Of a stretch of DNA of 64,000 bases, positions 23,750 through 36,624 are shown in pieces. The notes beneath the pieces are model-generated. The model had not been told where the DNA came from, ran no database searches, and worked only from the letters and a program-made list of their open reading frames with translations. Positions within the stretch are counted from its first letter, which is position 1. Every line of letters begins with the position of its first letter. The stretch is from Camelus dromedarius (taxonomy: Eukaryota). The position numbers were made by a program, and so were the translations under genes. Where the stretch lies: the NCBI RefSeq assembly GCF_036321535.1, contig NC_087437.1:30134001-30198000 (forward strand), read 5' to 3'.

Positions 23750-25012
23750 GTGTGAGCCTGCCTCATTCCCTAACTCTACCCTAGTCAGTCAAGACTACCA
23801 GTGATTCCCACCTCACCAAACCCAATGGCCATTTCTTTATTTCTTATTGGTATTGGACACAATTGACCATTTCCACCTTCTTGAAACACTCTCTTGTCCT
23901 TTGTGACTCTTTACGCTTCTGGTTTTCTTTATTCTTTACTATCCACTTCTTCTCTTGCCCTTTGGCTAATGTCTCCCTCCTTAACTGATTTCTACAGACT
24001 AAGGGAAGCAAAATTGAGTCTTTGGTCTCCTTCTTTTTCCTAGGTAATATTTTCTACTGTGCTGCTATAAATATTCTAATTCATATCTGCATCTTTTCCC
24101 TAAAACTCTAATGCCTTATACCCACACAAAAAAATGTGTCAAATACCAGACTCTTGATTTTATTCTCTAAACCTATACTATCCTCAGTTTCCTCGTCTCA
24201 GTAAAAGACACCACCATTGTTCATGACAAATTCCTAAGAATCTTGATTTTTTTTTCACTTTCTTTTCCTTATCCATTGGCAAGTCCTGTCAATTCTACCT
24301 CTAACATGGTTTTCAAATTTAACTCCTTCTCTCAGACTCCATTTGCCACCCCCGGGTCCCAGCTGCCATCCTTCTCCAGCTAAATGACTGCATTATCCTC
24401 TAGTGGATCTCCCTGCTTCCTCATTCTTCTGGAGTCTATGCTCTACAGAGCTTCCAGAGTGGTCATTTTAAAATGTTCATCAAAGAAGAGCCTTTTCCTT
24501 CTCAGACCCTTCATAAAATAAGATCCAAATTCTTTGTTCCAGTCCGCAAAGACCCAATAATCTGGCTTTTTTCTATCACTTCAATCTTGTCTTTAACCAT
24601 TCTCCATGCTGATTGACTCCTGGCACAATGGTTTTCTTTTTGTTCTGAGAAGATGTCAAAATCTTTTTCACTATAGAGTCTTTGTGCTTGGTGTCGTGTC
24701 TGCTAGAAAAACTCATTAATTAAGCATCAGCTAAAATTTCACCTGTATGTGAACTGTTTTTGTTTTGCTCTGAGACAAGCTTAGTTACTCTCATGTTTTG
24801 TACTCCTGCTGCACTCTGTTCTGACCTAGCATCCATGTTTTGTACTCCTGCTGCACTCTGTTCTGACTTAGCATCAACGAGCATCTTTCGTCACTCTTTT
24901 GTGCTGGGTTTTCCTACTCTAGAATGTAAGTTATTGGGGGAACAGTAACTTCCTTACTTGTTGTTGTTATTATTTCTTTAGTGCCCAGAGCACAGAATGT
25001 ACTCACTAAACA
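23750..25012 (+). mobile_element. L2 LINE, 3' portion
   Basis: 'ttgaccatttccaccttcttgaaacactctc', 'ggcaagtcctgtcaattctacctc', 'ctagaatgtaag...gtactcactaaa'. Confidence 0.8.
24792..24875 (+). repeat. 42-bp tandem duplication (2 copies, 1 mismatch)
   Basis: catgttttgtactcctgctgcactctgttctgac(c/t)tagcatc at 24792-24833 and 24834-24875. Confidence 0.95.
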
Positions 25013-25043
25013 GATGCAGCATTTACGAAAGAACTTTAAAGAT

Positions 25044-25386
25044 GTTTAGTGTGAAGAAAAAGTTAAAGGGAAGTACTCAAGATAGTTATGGTCTATGTGC
25101 CGTTATATAGAATAGATAGTACATTTGTTTCCTTTTAGGACACACCTGGGTTTAATGTGCAGAAGTTACATGGAAAAGGGGGCTTTGCTCAATTTAAGAA
25201 ACTTCAAAAGGTTAGAACTCTCCAGCTGGAGAAAGAGTGTGTGAAACAGTACTGACTCTGTCACTGGAAATATATATAAACGAGCAGGCTGGCTGTGTGC
25301 AAACGTCCCTAGGGAAGGGGTCCCTGCTTTGGGTATGGGGTTTTGTTTTTGTTTTTGTGTTTTTAATCTACCATTAGATTCTGTGT
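25044..25386 (+). mobile_element. L3/CR1 3' end
   Basis: 'gtttagtgtgaagaaaa...gaagttacatgg...ggttagaactctcc...ctgtcactggaa...gcaggctgg...agattctgtg' follows the L3 3' consensus order. Confidence 0.65.
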
Positions 25387-25589
25387 GGCCTGTATCATCC
25401 TTAGTTTCTATGTTAACTTCTTAAGTCTACTATTGTTTTAATTTCTGAGCCTACTTCCTATGTACTCAAGTAGCAGCTTTATTCTTTCCTTGATGGTTTT
25501 CTACTCTCCATTCTTGCTTAGTTATGTAATTTTTGGTGCATGGTTTTATTTTCTCTGCACTGATTGAATATTTGTTTACAGAGAAGCAA

Positions 25590-25672
25590 TATGCACAGCA
25601 GTTCGATACACAGCCCCCAGAACTAAGCAGCCTGGGTTCAAATCTTGCCTTTATCACTCACCAGCTTTGCAA
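25590..25672 (+). mobile_element. MIR 5' fragment
   Basis: 'gcctgggttcaaatcttgcctttatcactcaccagct'. Confidence 0.6.
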
Positions 25673-27529
25673 GCTACTGCTCCTACTACTGCCGCCCAAT
25701 TAATATTGCTTATCTTCATTAATTACATCCAAGATGTTTTTCAACTCTAAATCTATTGTTCACTTTTGTTCACTTTTATTTTATGTGACTCTGCCTATTT
25801 AGTTAATCCACTTTAACCTTGGCTATTCTTCTTACATGACAACTTTTTAAAAAGTTGATTATTTTTTTATAAACAATAAATTGTGTTGGTTATAGGAAAT
25901 GTATTTTTAATAAATATATACTTTGGAGTAACTTTTAATGATAGATTAACATTCCATTGCATGTATATACTCAGATTTTTGCATATCTCCTATTATTGAG
26001 ACTTAGTATAGTTTCAGTTTTTATCATTATAAATGGTAAATATCCTTCTTGAAACACATTTTCATATTTTGCCAAAAACTTAAACTAAGATTAAGTCCTG
26101 GATATGGATTACTGTGTTCAGTGGCATTTACTTTTAAAGTAGTATATATTTGCTACTCTTCAGAAGGTTTTTCAGGACTTCTAATAGCATTTTTAAAATT
26201 CTATTCTCTTTTTCATAGTAACCAAATTAGTTTCTTTTTCTACTTGTATATCATTCTATTTGTACAGTAAATTTATTTTCTGTCTTCTGTGTTAGTCCCA
26301 GAATGTTAACCTATTTTGAGACTTCAACCATTTTTCTAACTTTTTATTATATATGTTTAAATGCATGATTTTTCTGTGATAATTACATAGTGTATCTTTA
26401 ATTTATTCTAACAGAATGATTAATACATTACTTTTTATTTACTAATTTACAAGAATAATATAATTAGGAATCTTATTATTTATCCAAATATTTAATAAGG
26501 AAGAAAGGTATAATTTATTCTTCAGTGCTATACTGATCTTTTTGCCTTGGAAGTAGCTGTGAGCTATTCTGTATATCAAAGCATTTTTATCAATAGCTAT
26601 TTACACTGACGTATATTCATTATGATAAGTTTTCTGCCTGATTTGGCTATTCAAGTAACTAAAACATTAAAATCAATATACAGTGTTATTTATAAAAAAA
26701 AAAAAACAATGAAATCCCTTCCATTTGAAATTAGATCCTATTATTTCATACAGTATTTTCAACATAATTGAAAAGGTTTCCTACCTGGTATAGTCCTGAA
26801 TTGCTGTTAGATTGGCAATCCTCAACACAAAATTAAAAAGTGATATCCATTTTTAACATGAAATTGAATTTATAGTTTAGGTTTAAAAAATTTTTATGTC
26901 ATCCCTTGAGGTTATTTTAAGTACAATTGAGATGTTAATACCACCATAGCTGGGAGTCACAGCTTCAGACCTTCTATTTGTTGACGCTTATGGAAGGTGA
27001 AATGTAAATTACTAATGCTGTTGAAATTCAGATACATAGTGTTTACTGTTCTCTCTTTGTCTGACTGGACCATTTAGCCACTGGAGGCAAATTTTATATA
27101 TAAGTCTTTGAAAATACACATTGATCTTTACAAATCTAGAAAACTATAAAATGGTTGCTGGGTGAAATAGGTTACATTTGAGCATAACAAATCTTATATT
27201 CTTAACATTTAAAATTCAAATATAAAGTCAAATACTACCTTGAGGCAGAGACCAATTAAAGCTATTTAAAAGCACCTATGAATAGAATAAATAAAATTAT
27301 TCTCAAAGACATTGTGCAGTTTATAATTTTGGTTATTATACCATTGGATCTTTAGTTTATTTTCATTTTGACATTATTATTCTTTAGTTGTGATTATTCA
27401 ACTTTTGAATTCATGAATTGGAAACAAAAGTCAAGTTTCCTTAAGCCATGTTTTTTAAAAAAGAATGAGCATTGAATATACTTAGAAAAGCCAAAATTTT
27501 ATACTTCTACAAACAATTATAATCAGACA

Positions 27530-28730
27530 TGCATTCAACAAAGACTTGTTGAGTTTTTAATATAAGCCAGGTGTTGAGGGGTCCAGAAATGAAATTTTTT
27601 TTCCTTTTAAGGAATTGGGAATGAAGGAAGAAAGATAGTTATGATAAAATGTAATGACTGCTCTACCAGCGATTGTCTAAGGTATAATTGCAGCCTACGA
27701 GAGTATCTAATTCAGCATCAGGGCTCAGAGTGCACTTGAACTGGACCATGAAAAATGCCACGTGGTATTGAAAGTATGTACAGTGATAAAGCTGCACAAA
27801 AAGTTAACATTTCATTCCTGAAAGATCTCGTATGATGTTGCATTTCTCTCTTCCTGAAGTTAAAAGGTGGCCATTAAAGATGTTAAGCAGTGGAATGATG
27901 TGATCCAATTTGTGCATTTGGATGTCACTCTGTCAGAAGTGTAAGGGACTGGTGGAGAGGGAGATAGGTCATTGCGTGGCAATTCAGTCAAGAGCTGAAC
28001 TCGTACGTTGACAACAGGAATAGAACTTTGAGAGCAGGTTTGAGAGGTATTAAGGAAATAGTAAAGTTACGGTTTAGTGACTAATTGGTTGTAGGGGGGT
28101 CAGAGCAAGAAAGGAGACAAAGATGACATCCAGATTTCTCACTTGGGCAACTGGATAAATGATGAATTGTATTCTGAAATAGGGAACATAAAAATACAGC
28201 AGCTCGATAGGGACAAGGATAAGTTCAGATTGAATACGCTGAGTTTGAGATACCAGTGATAGATTCAGGAGAGGTTTTTGGTAGGAAGTTGGGAATGTGG
28301 ATTTGATAGTCAAAAGAAAATTTGGAGTGGAAGAATAGATTCTGGAGATATAGGTGACATTGTGATCAATATTTTGGTAGTGGTTCAAAACATAAGTGGG
28401 AATGAAATGGCCAAGGAAGAGAAGGTAGAGTAAGAAGAAAAGAGTGTTGAGAAGAAAGCCTGGAAGATATAACTATTTATGAGTTTGATAAAGGCATAGA
28501 CATTTGCAAAGCAGGCTGAAAATATGTCACTAAAGCAATAGGAAGAATATTGTAAGAAAGTGATTTCATAGACTTAAAACTGAGAACTGAAATTTATCCA
28601 TTGAATTGTGTATATCAGGAATCATGGCCAGCTTGGTGAGAACAATTTTGTGGAGTTGGACGCTGAATGGACTGGATTTTAAAGGTTATGTAGAAGAAAA
28701 AACTCGTAATGAACTATCTTTTCAAGATGT
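27530..28730 (-). mobile_element. L2 LINE fragment(s)
   Basis: 'cattcaacaaagacttgttgag', 'aagatgacatccagatttctcacttgggcaactgg', 'gagtttgagatacc', 'atctttttcaaga'-like segments. Confidence 0.8.
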
Positions 28731-30619
28731 CTGTGCAGCACTGATGTTTCCATGGAGGCTGAAGATCATTAATTTGAAATGTTATCAAACTGCAGGTTTA
28801 AAAATATTTTTAACTAATCCTCAGTCTTCAAGCTTGGGAATAGAGTAATGGGGTAGGATATTTGTGACATAGGCTCATCAGAAAGATGACTGTGAGGAAG
28901 TTGAGGACATTGATGTTTTAGATACTAAATAAAAGAAAACAGAAAACAATCATCTAATATTAGAATTAATGCCTCTCCCCTCAAGTTAGACTAGGACAGG
29001 ATGAAACCACATTATTTGGGTTCCAGGCCTATGCTTTAGACAGGAAAACTGTTCTTTAATTCTCTAAGCAGCCTTTGGCAAATGCACAAATTCACAGGAG
29101 TTAATGAGTTGGTGCTCTCAGTATGTCAAGGACGCCAGTACAGTTGACAGCATAAAAGATCCAAGCTGTGCTTGCTGAGCGATTAAAGTGTGTTCTTCTT
29201 TACTCTTGTGTTGCATTCAGAGAAGCAGACCGCTCAATGTGACTGAGGGGTTTTCTGCCTTACTGTTAGATGGGAAGCCCCATCATCTGTTAGGACATAA
29301 ATGTCAAGGCAAGCATGTCAAATATCGGTGATGTGTACAAGAGGAGTCACTATCTATAAATTATAAGGCTCTGGGGCTTTTGTCACAACATAAGACTCTG
29401 AAATTTAGCAGCAGGAACAGCTTTCAACTTACTAGCATTTCTTTGAGAGAGAAAGAATAAACCTGCATGAGACACCCCAATAATCAAACTATGTATACAG
29501 ACTGATGAAAATAACCTATAGGAAGATAGGTGAGCAGCCAATACATAATTTAAAGATGGGGAGGCCTCTGAATAACTGAAGGTAGATAGCAAGCGAATGC
29601 AGAAATACCATTTCAGCAGGACTAAATTGATAGGATGGAAAAGATCTCTCTGCTACATGAGACAGATATGACTAGACTGGGATTTGAGATAAATATGTTC
29701 TTCATTTTTCTCTTTACAACATTTTTTTTCAATATGAATAAAAATGCTGGTAGATTTTTTTTTTTTTTTTTAACCTCAGGGTTCTATTGTGTAAGTGGCT
29801 CCAGGGAAAGGGAAAAGAGAACATTCATTAGTGGTGAAAGAAATTTATATATAAAATAAACCTAAAAGAAAATGCATAGTAAATTGAAAGTCAAATGATT
29901 AAAAATGACTATAACTATAATATATGATATTCTTTTTTGCTTACCTGGATAATTATAGAAGTAATCTGGTACCAATAATTATGGTTTTTTTAAAAGCTGA
30001 TACATTACAGGTAACTTATCCATCCCTGTTGGTTAAAACAAAATAGCATCACCAAATAGCATTAGTAACTGTTGTAAGTATTCAACAGTAAGTCCTGAAT
30101 GGTAGAAATGAGAAATTTTATAGTACAGACCAAATTAGCAAAGAATTATAGGGCCACACAAAATACATAAAAATAAGAAATGAAAAAAAGAATAAAACTG
30201 TAGGCTGCTATATTTATATATAGGATGTATATTTGGCATCTACAGCCATTTAGAAAATAGCTGGAGATGAAGAAACTAAAAGAAAATCTCTTTAAGGAGC
30301 CTAAATAGAATACTCAAGAGTCAATACATTAAAGCTCATGTACTGAATTCAGTTAAAAGCATTACTCTTATTTATACATGATTGTGTATCATTTTCCCAA
30401 CTAGCAGAAAAATTACAAGTAGTAAATATAAAGATGTCTATTGAAGAGGCAGTACACTTTGGTAGAAAAATAGAGAGCAAGACACGGTTGGGAGTAGGGG
30501 GTGGAGAGAAATAATTTACACAAATCTAGTTAATAAGGATACTTGAGATTAAAAGAAGTTAAACCCAGTGTTCTATCTATTGAGTACTGGATGTATGATC
30601 TGAAACACAATATTTTATG

Positions 30620-30727
30620 ATACCTAGGTTTGAGCCTTGGCTTGACCACTTACTGATAGTGTGATTTTATGGGCAATGAGAGATTTATGCATCCTAATTT
30701 ACTATCCATGAAATGATGGTACTAATG
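30620..30727 (+). mobile_element. MIR fragment
   Basis: 'ggtttgagccttggcttgaccacttactgatagtgtgat...gggcaa'. Confidence 0.55.
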
Positions 30728-31443
30728 ATACATTTTGTTGATTCCAAGAGCACTTCTTTACGTTTTAACACCTCTGAAATGGAGATGAGTGTTGCTGTTG
30801 ATGACATCTTGCCACTGCAGTGAGTCAGGCAGCTTTTGAGACACAGTTGTTACTGCCTGCCTATGCAAACCTTGGTTCCTGCTGTCATGATTGTAGAACT
30901 GCAGTACATCAGTGATTCAGACAACAAACCACTTAAAGACCATACAAAGAAGAAACGTATCCTATTTGTTGTCTAAAACCTTTTATTGACATCTTCTTGT
31001 AAGATCAAAAAAGCACCCACATCAAAACTTGCAAAATGGGTGTCAGTGGCTAGGAAGACAATTCTTAAGACAGAAGGAGAGCATTTCTCTATGACATGCT
31101 ACATCACCTATACGGATGGTGGCACAGAGGATGCATTGGCTGGAAAAACAGGGGCATCTACAGTGCTGAGTTGAAAAGTGATTTGGAAGAATCAATCCAA
31201 TTATGAAGATAATTGAAAAAATGCTTTAGCTGATTTACTTAACTTTAATTATTCTTTTTAGTATGCACAGGAGTGACATATACGGTAGAAAAATTTATGC
31301 GTAAATAAGTCTAAAGAAACCCTTTGAATAAAAATTGTAAGTGATAAATCAGTCTTAGTTTAACTGACAGCTTTTTGTTCTTTCCTAGTGCTTCATGAAA
31401 TAGTAGTGTCTTATAGTGGCATTTTATATTTAATGAAATATGG
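30728..31443 (+). mobile_element. Kanga1-like TcMar-Tc2 DNA transposon, internally deleted, with transposase C-terminal relic
   Basis: Ends resemble recalled Kanga termini ('...ttgattccaagagcac...ttttaacacctctgaaat' and '...atgaaatatgg|ta'). ORF 30986-31174 (KIKKAPTSKLAKWVSVARK...GTED) resembles the pogo/Tc2 DDE C-terminal region. Confidence 0.8.
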
Positions 31444-31846
31444 TATTTGGGAGAGTTGAAGAGATTAAAAGAAAAGCAAAAGTGGTTTGCAGGACTGGAA
31501 AACAATGAAAACATTTTGGGCAATTACAGTGAAAAGAGATGGTTAAAAGCTGGTTGAGGGAAAAAGACATAAAAATAAGCTTTAAATTTAGGTACATCTA
31601 TACTAAAACACCTTAAATTCTATCTTGGACTTCAATTACATTGTTGTGTACCTTGCCAACTGCTGCTGACACACAAAAAGAAAAAAAATGTGTATCTGAA
31701 GAATATATATATTTTAAGAATATAGAAATGTAAATCACTGTTTATATTTTACCTTAAATGTTTAAAATATACATTGGAATATTAATATTTATTTACTTTG
31801 CAAGTGCAATTGTGTTCAACCTAAAAATTTTTAAATCAATTAAATT

Positions 31847-31985
31847 AAAAAAATTTTTTTTCATTGGGGGAGGTGATTAGATTTATTTATTTATTTATTT
31901 CCTGAGGAGACACTGGGGATTGAACCCAGGACCTTGTGCATGCTAAGCATGAACTCTACCACTTGAGCTGTATATCCTCCCCTCA
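31847..31985 (-). mobile_element. Vic-1-type camelid tRNA-Ala-derived SINE
   Basis: Minus strand: 'ggggaggatatacagctcaagtggtagagttcatgcttagcatgcacaaggtcctgggttcaatccccag...(aaat)n ctaatcacctccccc' plus A tail. TSD aaatcaatta(a/c)att at 31833-31846 and 31986-31999. Confidence 0.92.
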
Positions 31986-32119
31986 AAATCAATTACATTT
32001 TGTTAATAATAAATCATGTAATGTTTACATTTTAGAAATAGCATATACAGAGACCTTTAATTTCTAGTATAATTTTCTTGGTGAAGTCTAGGCCACATTT
32101 ATAATTATCATGATAAATA

Positions 32120-32480
32120 TATATGTCACAGTATATAAACATATACTATTTTGCAATCTGCTTTTTGAACATAATATATCTTGGCTATTGTGCCATGTCA
32201 GTCTGTATAGAACTATCTATCCCTTTTAATGGCTGTTTTGTAGTCCGTTGCATGAATATGCCATAATTGATTTAACTAATGCTTTGTTAACAGATATAAA
32301 GATGTCCACCTACTTGCTCTCATAAACAATGTTACAATGAATAATTCTTGCAGCTTCTTTCTTGCACACGCTTGTTTAATTTTTCCTTTGGGTAAATTCA
32401 TACATATAATATTGATATAGGCTCATTTTGCATTTGGGGATACAGAAAATGTTTTTCTCCAGAAAGGTCGTTTAAAATTT
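32120..32480 (-). mobile_element. Old L1ME 3' fragment
   Basis: 'ttttgcaatctgcttttt', 'ttttaatggctg...tagtccgttgcatgaatatgccataatt'. Confidence 0.65.
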
Positions 32481-33301
32481 GCTTACTTAACAGTATATTG
32501 TAGAAATAGAAATAACTTCACAGACTGATCTTAGTTGAAAAATTGTAATCTACAACAAACTTAGTCTTGAAGCCTTGTGGATAATGTGAGGTAGTTGAAA
32601 TTGTCCTCCTTGGCAGGACAAGCAGGGGATGGTTAGATATTTCTCATGGGGGAACTATTGGCATTTTAGGCAGAACACTTTTGTGTTGTGTAACCAGTTT
32701 GTGCTTTCTGATTATAAAGTACTCTTTGCCTCATAGGGCACAGGAACTGGGTGAAATGAGAACATTGTTCTAGGACAAATAGGTGGGGAAAGACCTCATT
32801 AAATTTAAATAAATGCAAGCTCTGTCCCTCTCTTGCTATGCTTATGGAGCAGATTAATTCTGGATAGCTCATCCTGGAATACTCAATGCTTAACTACAAA
32901 GGTTTTTTCTAATCATTCAGGAATGCAGCTTTGTAATTACAAAAGATAGGAAAGTCCAAAGCTTATGAAATATTATAGTGCTCTTTTTAAATCTTTAGAC
33001 TATAAATTTTTTGTCGAAAATGAATTTGTTTACTTTAGTTGTAAAAGAATTTAGCTTTGATCCATCACAATAAAAATTGTGTAGGTTTTTTTGTTGTTTG
33101 GTTTGTTTTGTTTTGTTTCGTTTTTGTTTTTGCTTTGATATTCAGAAAACATCAAATCACTTTCACATCTTATTTTCACCTGTGCTCTGTTTAAAATAAA
33201 TAGTGCTTCTGGCAAATTTAAGCACAAATGTGACTCAAAGCCTCCTTCTATGGTATGAAAGTTCTTCTTTGCCCACACCTTCATCAAATCTGGTTAATAA
33301 T

Positions 33302-33505
33302 TATAGAGCAGTGGTTAAAATTAAAGCTCTGAAATCAGATTGCCTTGGTTCAGACATTGTTTCATTTTTCTGTGCCTCACTTTCTGTATCTGAAAGGTTC
33401 AAGGATAGTACCAAAATACCTCAGAGGACTGCTGTCAAGAAATAGACCTGTGCTTAACACATAGAAAGCACTCAATACATGTTTGTTATTGTCATTATTA
33501 TTGTT
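33302..33505 (+). mobile_element. MIR SINE
   Basis: 'gcagtggttaa...gctctgaaatcagattgcct...tctgtgcctcactttc...cacatagaaagcactcaatacatgtt...attattatt'. Confidence 0.8.
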
Positions 33506-33519
33506 ATCAGTGGTGGTGC

Positions 33520-34154
33520 TGATGCAGGAAAAACGGATGTGGGGTGTGAGGAGGGCCATGTCCCAGGCTTTGGTTGAGCCCCTGGAACGTTTCCCGCCAA
33601 GTGTGGGTCCTTGGCTTCGCGCAGGAAAGAATTCAAGAGCGAGACACAGATAAGTAAATGTAGATTTATTTAGAGAGCTACATCGAAAGGCAAGAGGAAG
33701 GCCACGAGATATGTGGGTTGGGTGCTCAGATTAGAGTAAAAGTAGGTACACACTCCATAGACAGAGTCCCCAAACGAGGAGGGGGAGGAGAGGTGGTGGT
33801 GGCTGCAAGGTGGCATGTTGCCAGTTTTTATGGGCTCAGTGGCTTCATATGCTAATAAGTGGAAGGACCAGTCTGACTAGCCTGGGTAAGGGGCTGAGAT
33901 TCCCAGGAAGTTGCCCATTTCCCACTCTTTTACCTTTTGTGGCGAGCCTTAGGACTGTCATGGTGCCTGGGGGCATGTTATTTACCGTGTTAATATATTA
34001 CAATGGGAGTATAATGAAGCTCAAGATCTGCTAAAAGCCAAATCTCCCACCACCTTGAGGCTCAAGGCCTACTGGGGGTTGAATCTTCCACCACTTTGAT
34101 GTTAATTGCTGTATCATTCCTTGAATGGCTGTGCCCTGCCCCCTTCCTGTCTCA
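33520..34154 (-). mobile_element. ERV1 solo LTR, MER41-like
   Basis: TG...CA ends (tgatgcagg...cctgtctca) with TSD-like gtgc/gttc. Contains 'cttggcttcgcgcaggaaagaattcaagagcgag', recalled as MER41-like antisense, and a minus-strand AATAAA (tttatt ~33666). Confidence 0.85.
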
Positions 34155-35111
34155 GTTCTGTAGTATGTCAGCTGAACTGAAAATAACGCAGCCCAGAATT
34201 TCCTTCCCTGCATGATATGGGTTCTCTTGACTGCAAGAGAAATCTGCATTCTCTTTGAAAAGGGGAAGGGAAACAGCAACCCTGTTTGAGACCAAGGCTG
34301 TTGCAAGTGCATGCACATTGACAGGGCTCTCTGCTGGCTCACCTTGGAGTAGGGCCCCTGCCTTGTTTGCAGCCCCTCAAGCTCTGAGTTCTCTGTTTCC
34401 TGGGCCCACTGCCAAGTGCATGTTTATCTCCATGAGGAAATGTACTAATATTTCTTCTGTCATCCCATCATCAAAATTGGAGGTTTGAAAGCAGTGAAAG
34501 GCCTACATGATTTCTGTAGCTGTAAAGAGAGCAGTGCGTTCCTGCTTGTCCTCATGCACTGAGTTTTCCTTATTGTCACATCCCCCTTCCCTTCTGACTG
34601 CAGACTCAAAAACAGATTCAGGGGCATCTCACGTACTCAGCTTTCACAATCATGTGTTCAATCCTTATAACTCTCATAAAGATTCTGCTTCTTTGATCAG
34701 ACTCAATTCATTGTTAATGTAATTTTGCTATTTGTGATACGTAAAAATCACAAACCCAAGACTCCTTTTGTTTTAGTTTGTACTTCTTTATTATTAGAAA
34801 CTCTTGAATATCTTTTGGAATGTTCATTGGTAGTTAGCATATCATCTATGATTTGCTTATTTGTATTTGACCAATTAGATTGTTCCTTTTATATAGCCTT
34901 GTAGGAATGCATTATAAACTTAGAATATTAAAACTTTGTAATATGTATTGTATGTGTTGTTTTTCTTTTAAGCTTGTTTATATATATATTTTGCCATACC
35001 GAGTTCAAACTTTTTGTAACTAAATTCATATTATTTAACTTCATAAATTCTACCCTTTATAGTGTGCCTTCCCCCTCAACTAGAGAAATATTTATATATT
35101 ATTTTTTCTAC

Positions 35112-36624
35112 TAGTCTTATTGAGATAGAATTGATATAACATTGTATTAGGTTAAGTGGTACAACATAATTATTTGATATATGTATATCTGTATTATTGT
35201 AAAATAATCACCACTATAAGTTTAGTTAACATCCATCACCTCACAAAGTTCACACAGTTACAATTTTTTTCTTGAGATGAAAACTTTTAAGATCTATTCC
35301 CTTAGCAACTTTCAAATGCAGTATTGTTAACTATTTTCACCATGCTTTTCATTATATATGTAGAACTTATTTATTTTGTAACTGGAAGTGTATACCTTTT
35401 GACCACTTTCACCCAGTTTGCCCAGCACCCGCTCCCCCAACTTCTGATGGTCACCAATCTGTTCTTCTATATCTATGAGTTCACCTAGACTATTGTAAAT
35501 AATGCTGCAGTGAGCATGGGAATGCATATATCTTTTAGAGATGAGATTATTCCTTCAGATAAATACCCAGGAGTGGACTTGTTGTATCATAGGGTAATTC
35601 TATTTAAAATTTTTTGAGGAACCTCCATATTGTCTTCCAGAGCGGCTATACCAATTGACATTCCCACCAGCAGTGCCCAAGTGTTCCCTTTCCTCTACAT
35701 TCTTACTAACACTTGTTATTTCTTCTCTTTTTGATTAAATAGTCATTCTAACAGGTGTAAAGTGATAATCTCATTGGGTTTTCATTTTCATTTCCTTAGC
35801 AATTAATGATGTTGAGCAGCTTTTCATGTACCTGTTGGCCATTTGTATATCTTCTCTGAAAATATGTCTTTTCAGGTTCTCTGCCTATTTAAAAAATCAG
35901 ATTGTTTGATTTTTCCTATTGAGTTGTATCAGTTCCTTATGTCTTTTGGATATTAACCCCTTATATGATTTGCAAATATTTTCTCTCATTCAATAGGTTG
36001 TCTTTTCATGTTGTTGATTATTTCCTTTGCTGTGCAGAAGCATTTTAGTTTGATGTAGTGCCACTTGTTTATTTTTGCTTTTGTTGCATTTGTTTTCAGT
36101 GTCGAATTCAAAAATATCATTGCCAAGACTAATGTCTAGTAGCTTACCACTTGTGCTTTCTTCCAGTTTTATGGTTTCAGGTTTTATGTTCAATTCTTTA
36201 ATCCATGTTGAATTGGTCTTTGTGTATGGTGTAAGATAAGGGTCTAATTTCATTCTTTTAGATGTGCCATCCAATTTTCCCAACACCATTTATTGAAGAA
36301 ATTGTCCTTTCCCCATTGTATATTCTTGGGTCCTTTATCATAACTTAATTGATCATATATATGTGGGTTTATTTCTGGGCTCTAATTCTGTTCCATTGCT
36401 CTCTGTGTCTATTTTTATGCCAATGCAATACTGTTTTGATCACTATAGCTTTGTAATATAGTTTGAAAGCGTGAATTGTGCTGCCTTCAGCTTTCTTCTT
36501 GCTCAAGATTGCTTTGGCTCTTGAGGGTGTTTTGTGATTTAATACAAATTGTAGAGTTGTTTGTTCTATTTCTGTGAAAAAATGCCATTGGAATTTTGGT
36601 AGGAATTGCATTCAATCTGTAGTA
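35112..36624 (-). mobile_element. 5'-truncated L1 (L1MA-like): ORF2 3' part + 3'UTR
   Basis: Minus-strand ORFs 35990-36289 ([14 protein letters not shown]...WIKELN) and 36369-36611 (FFTEIEQ...KAILSKK...[12 protein letters not shown]) are L1 ORF2 motifs. Confidence 0.93.

Noticed and set aside
24760..24948. Protein with internal repeat (MFCTPAALCSDLAS x2) or CRISPR-like repeat
   Set aside because: A simple two-copy 42-bp duplication in L2 with no spacers.
31910..31985. tRNA-Ala gene
   Set aside because: It has a SINE tail, poly(A) and TSD, and the acceptor stem is imperfect, so it is a tRNA-derived SINE.
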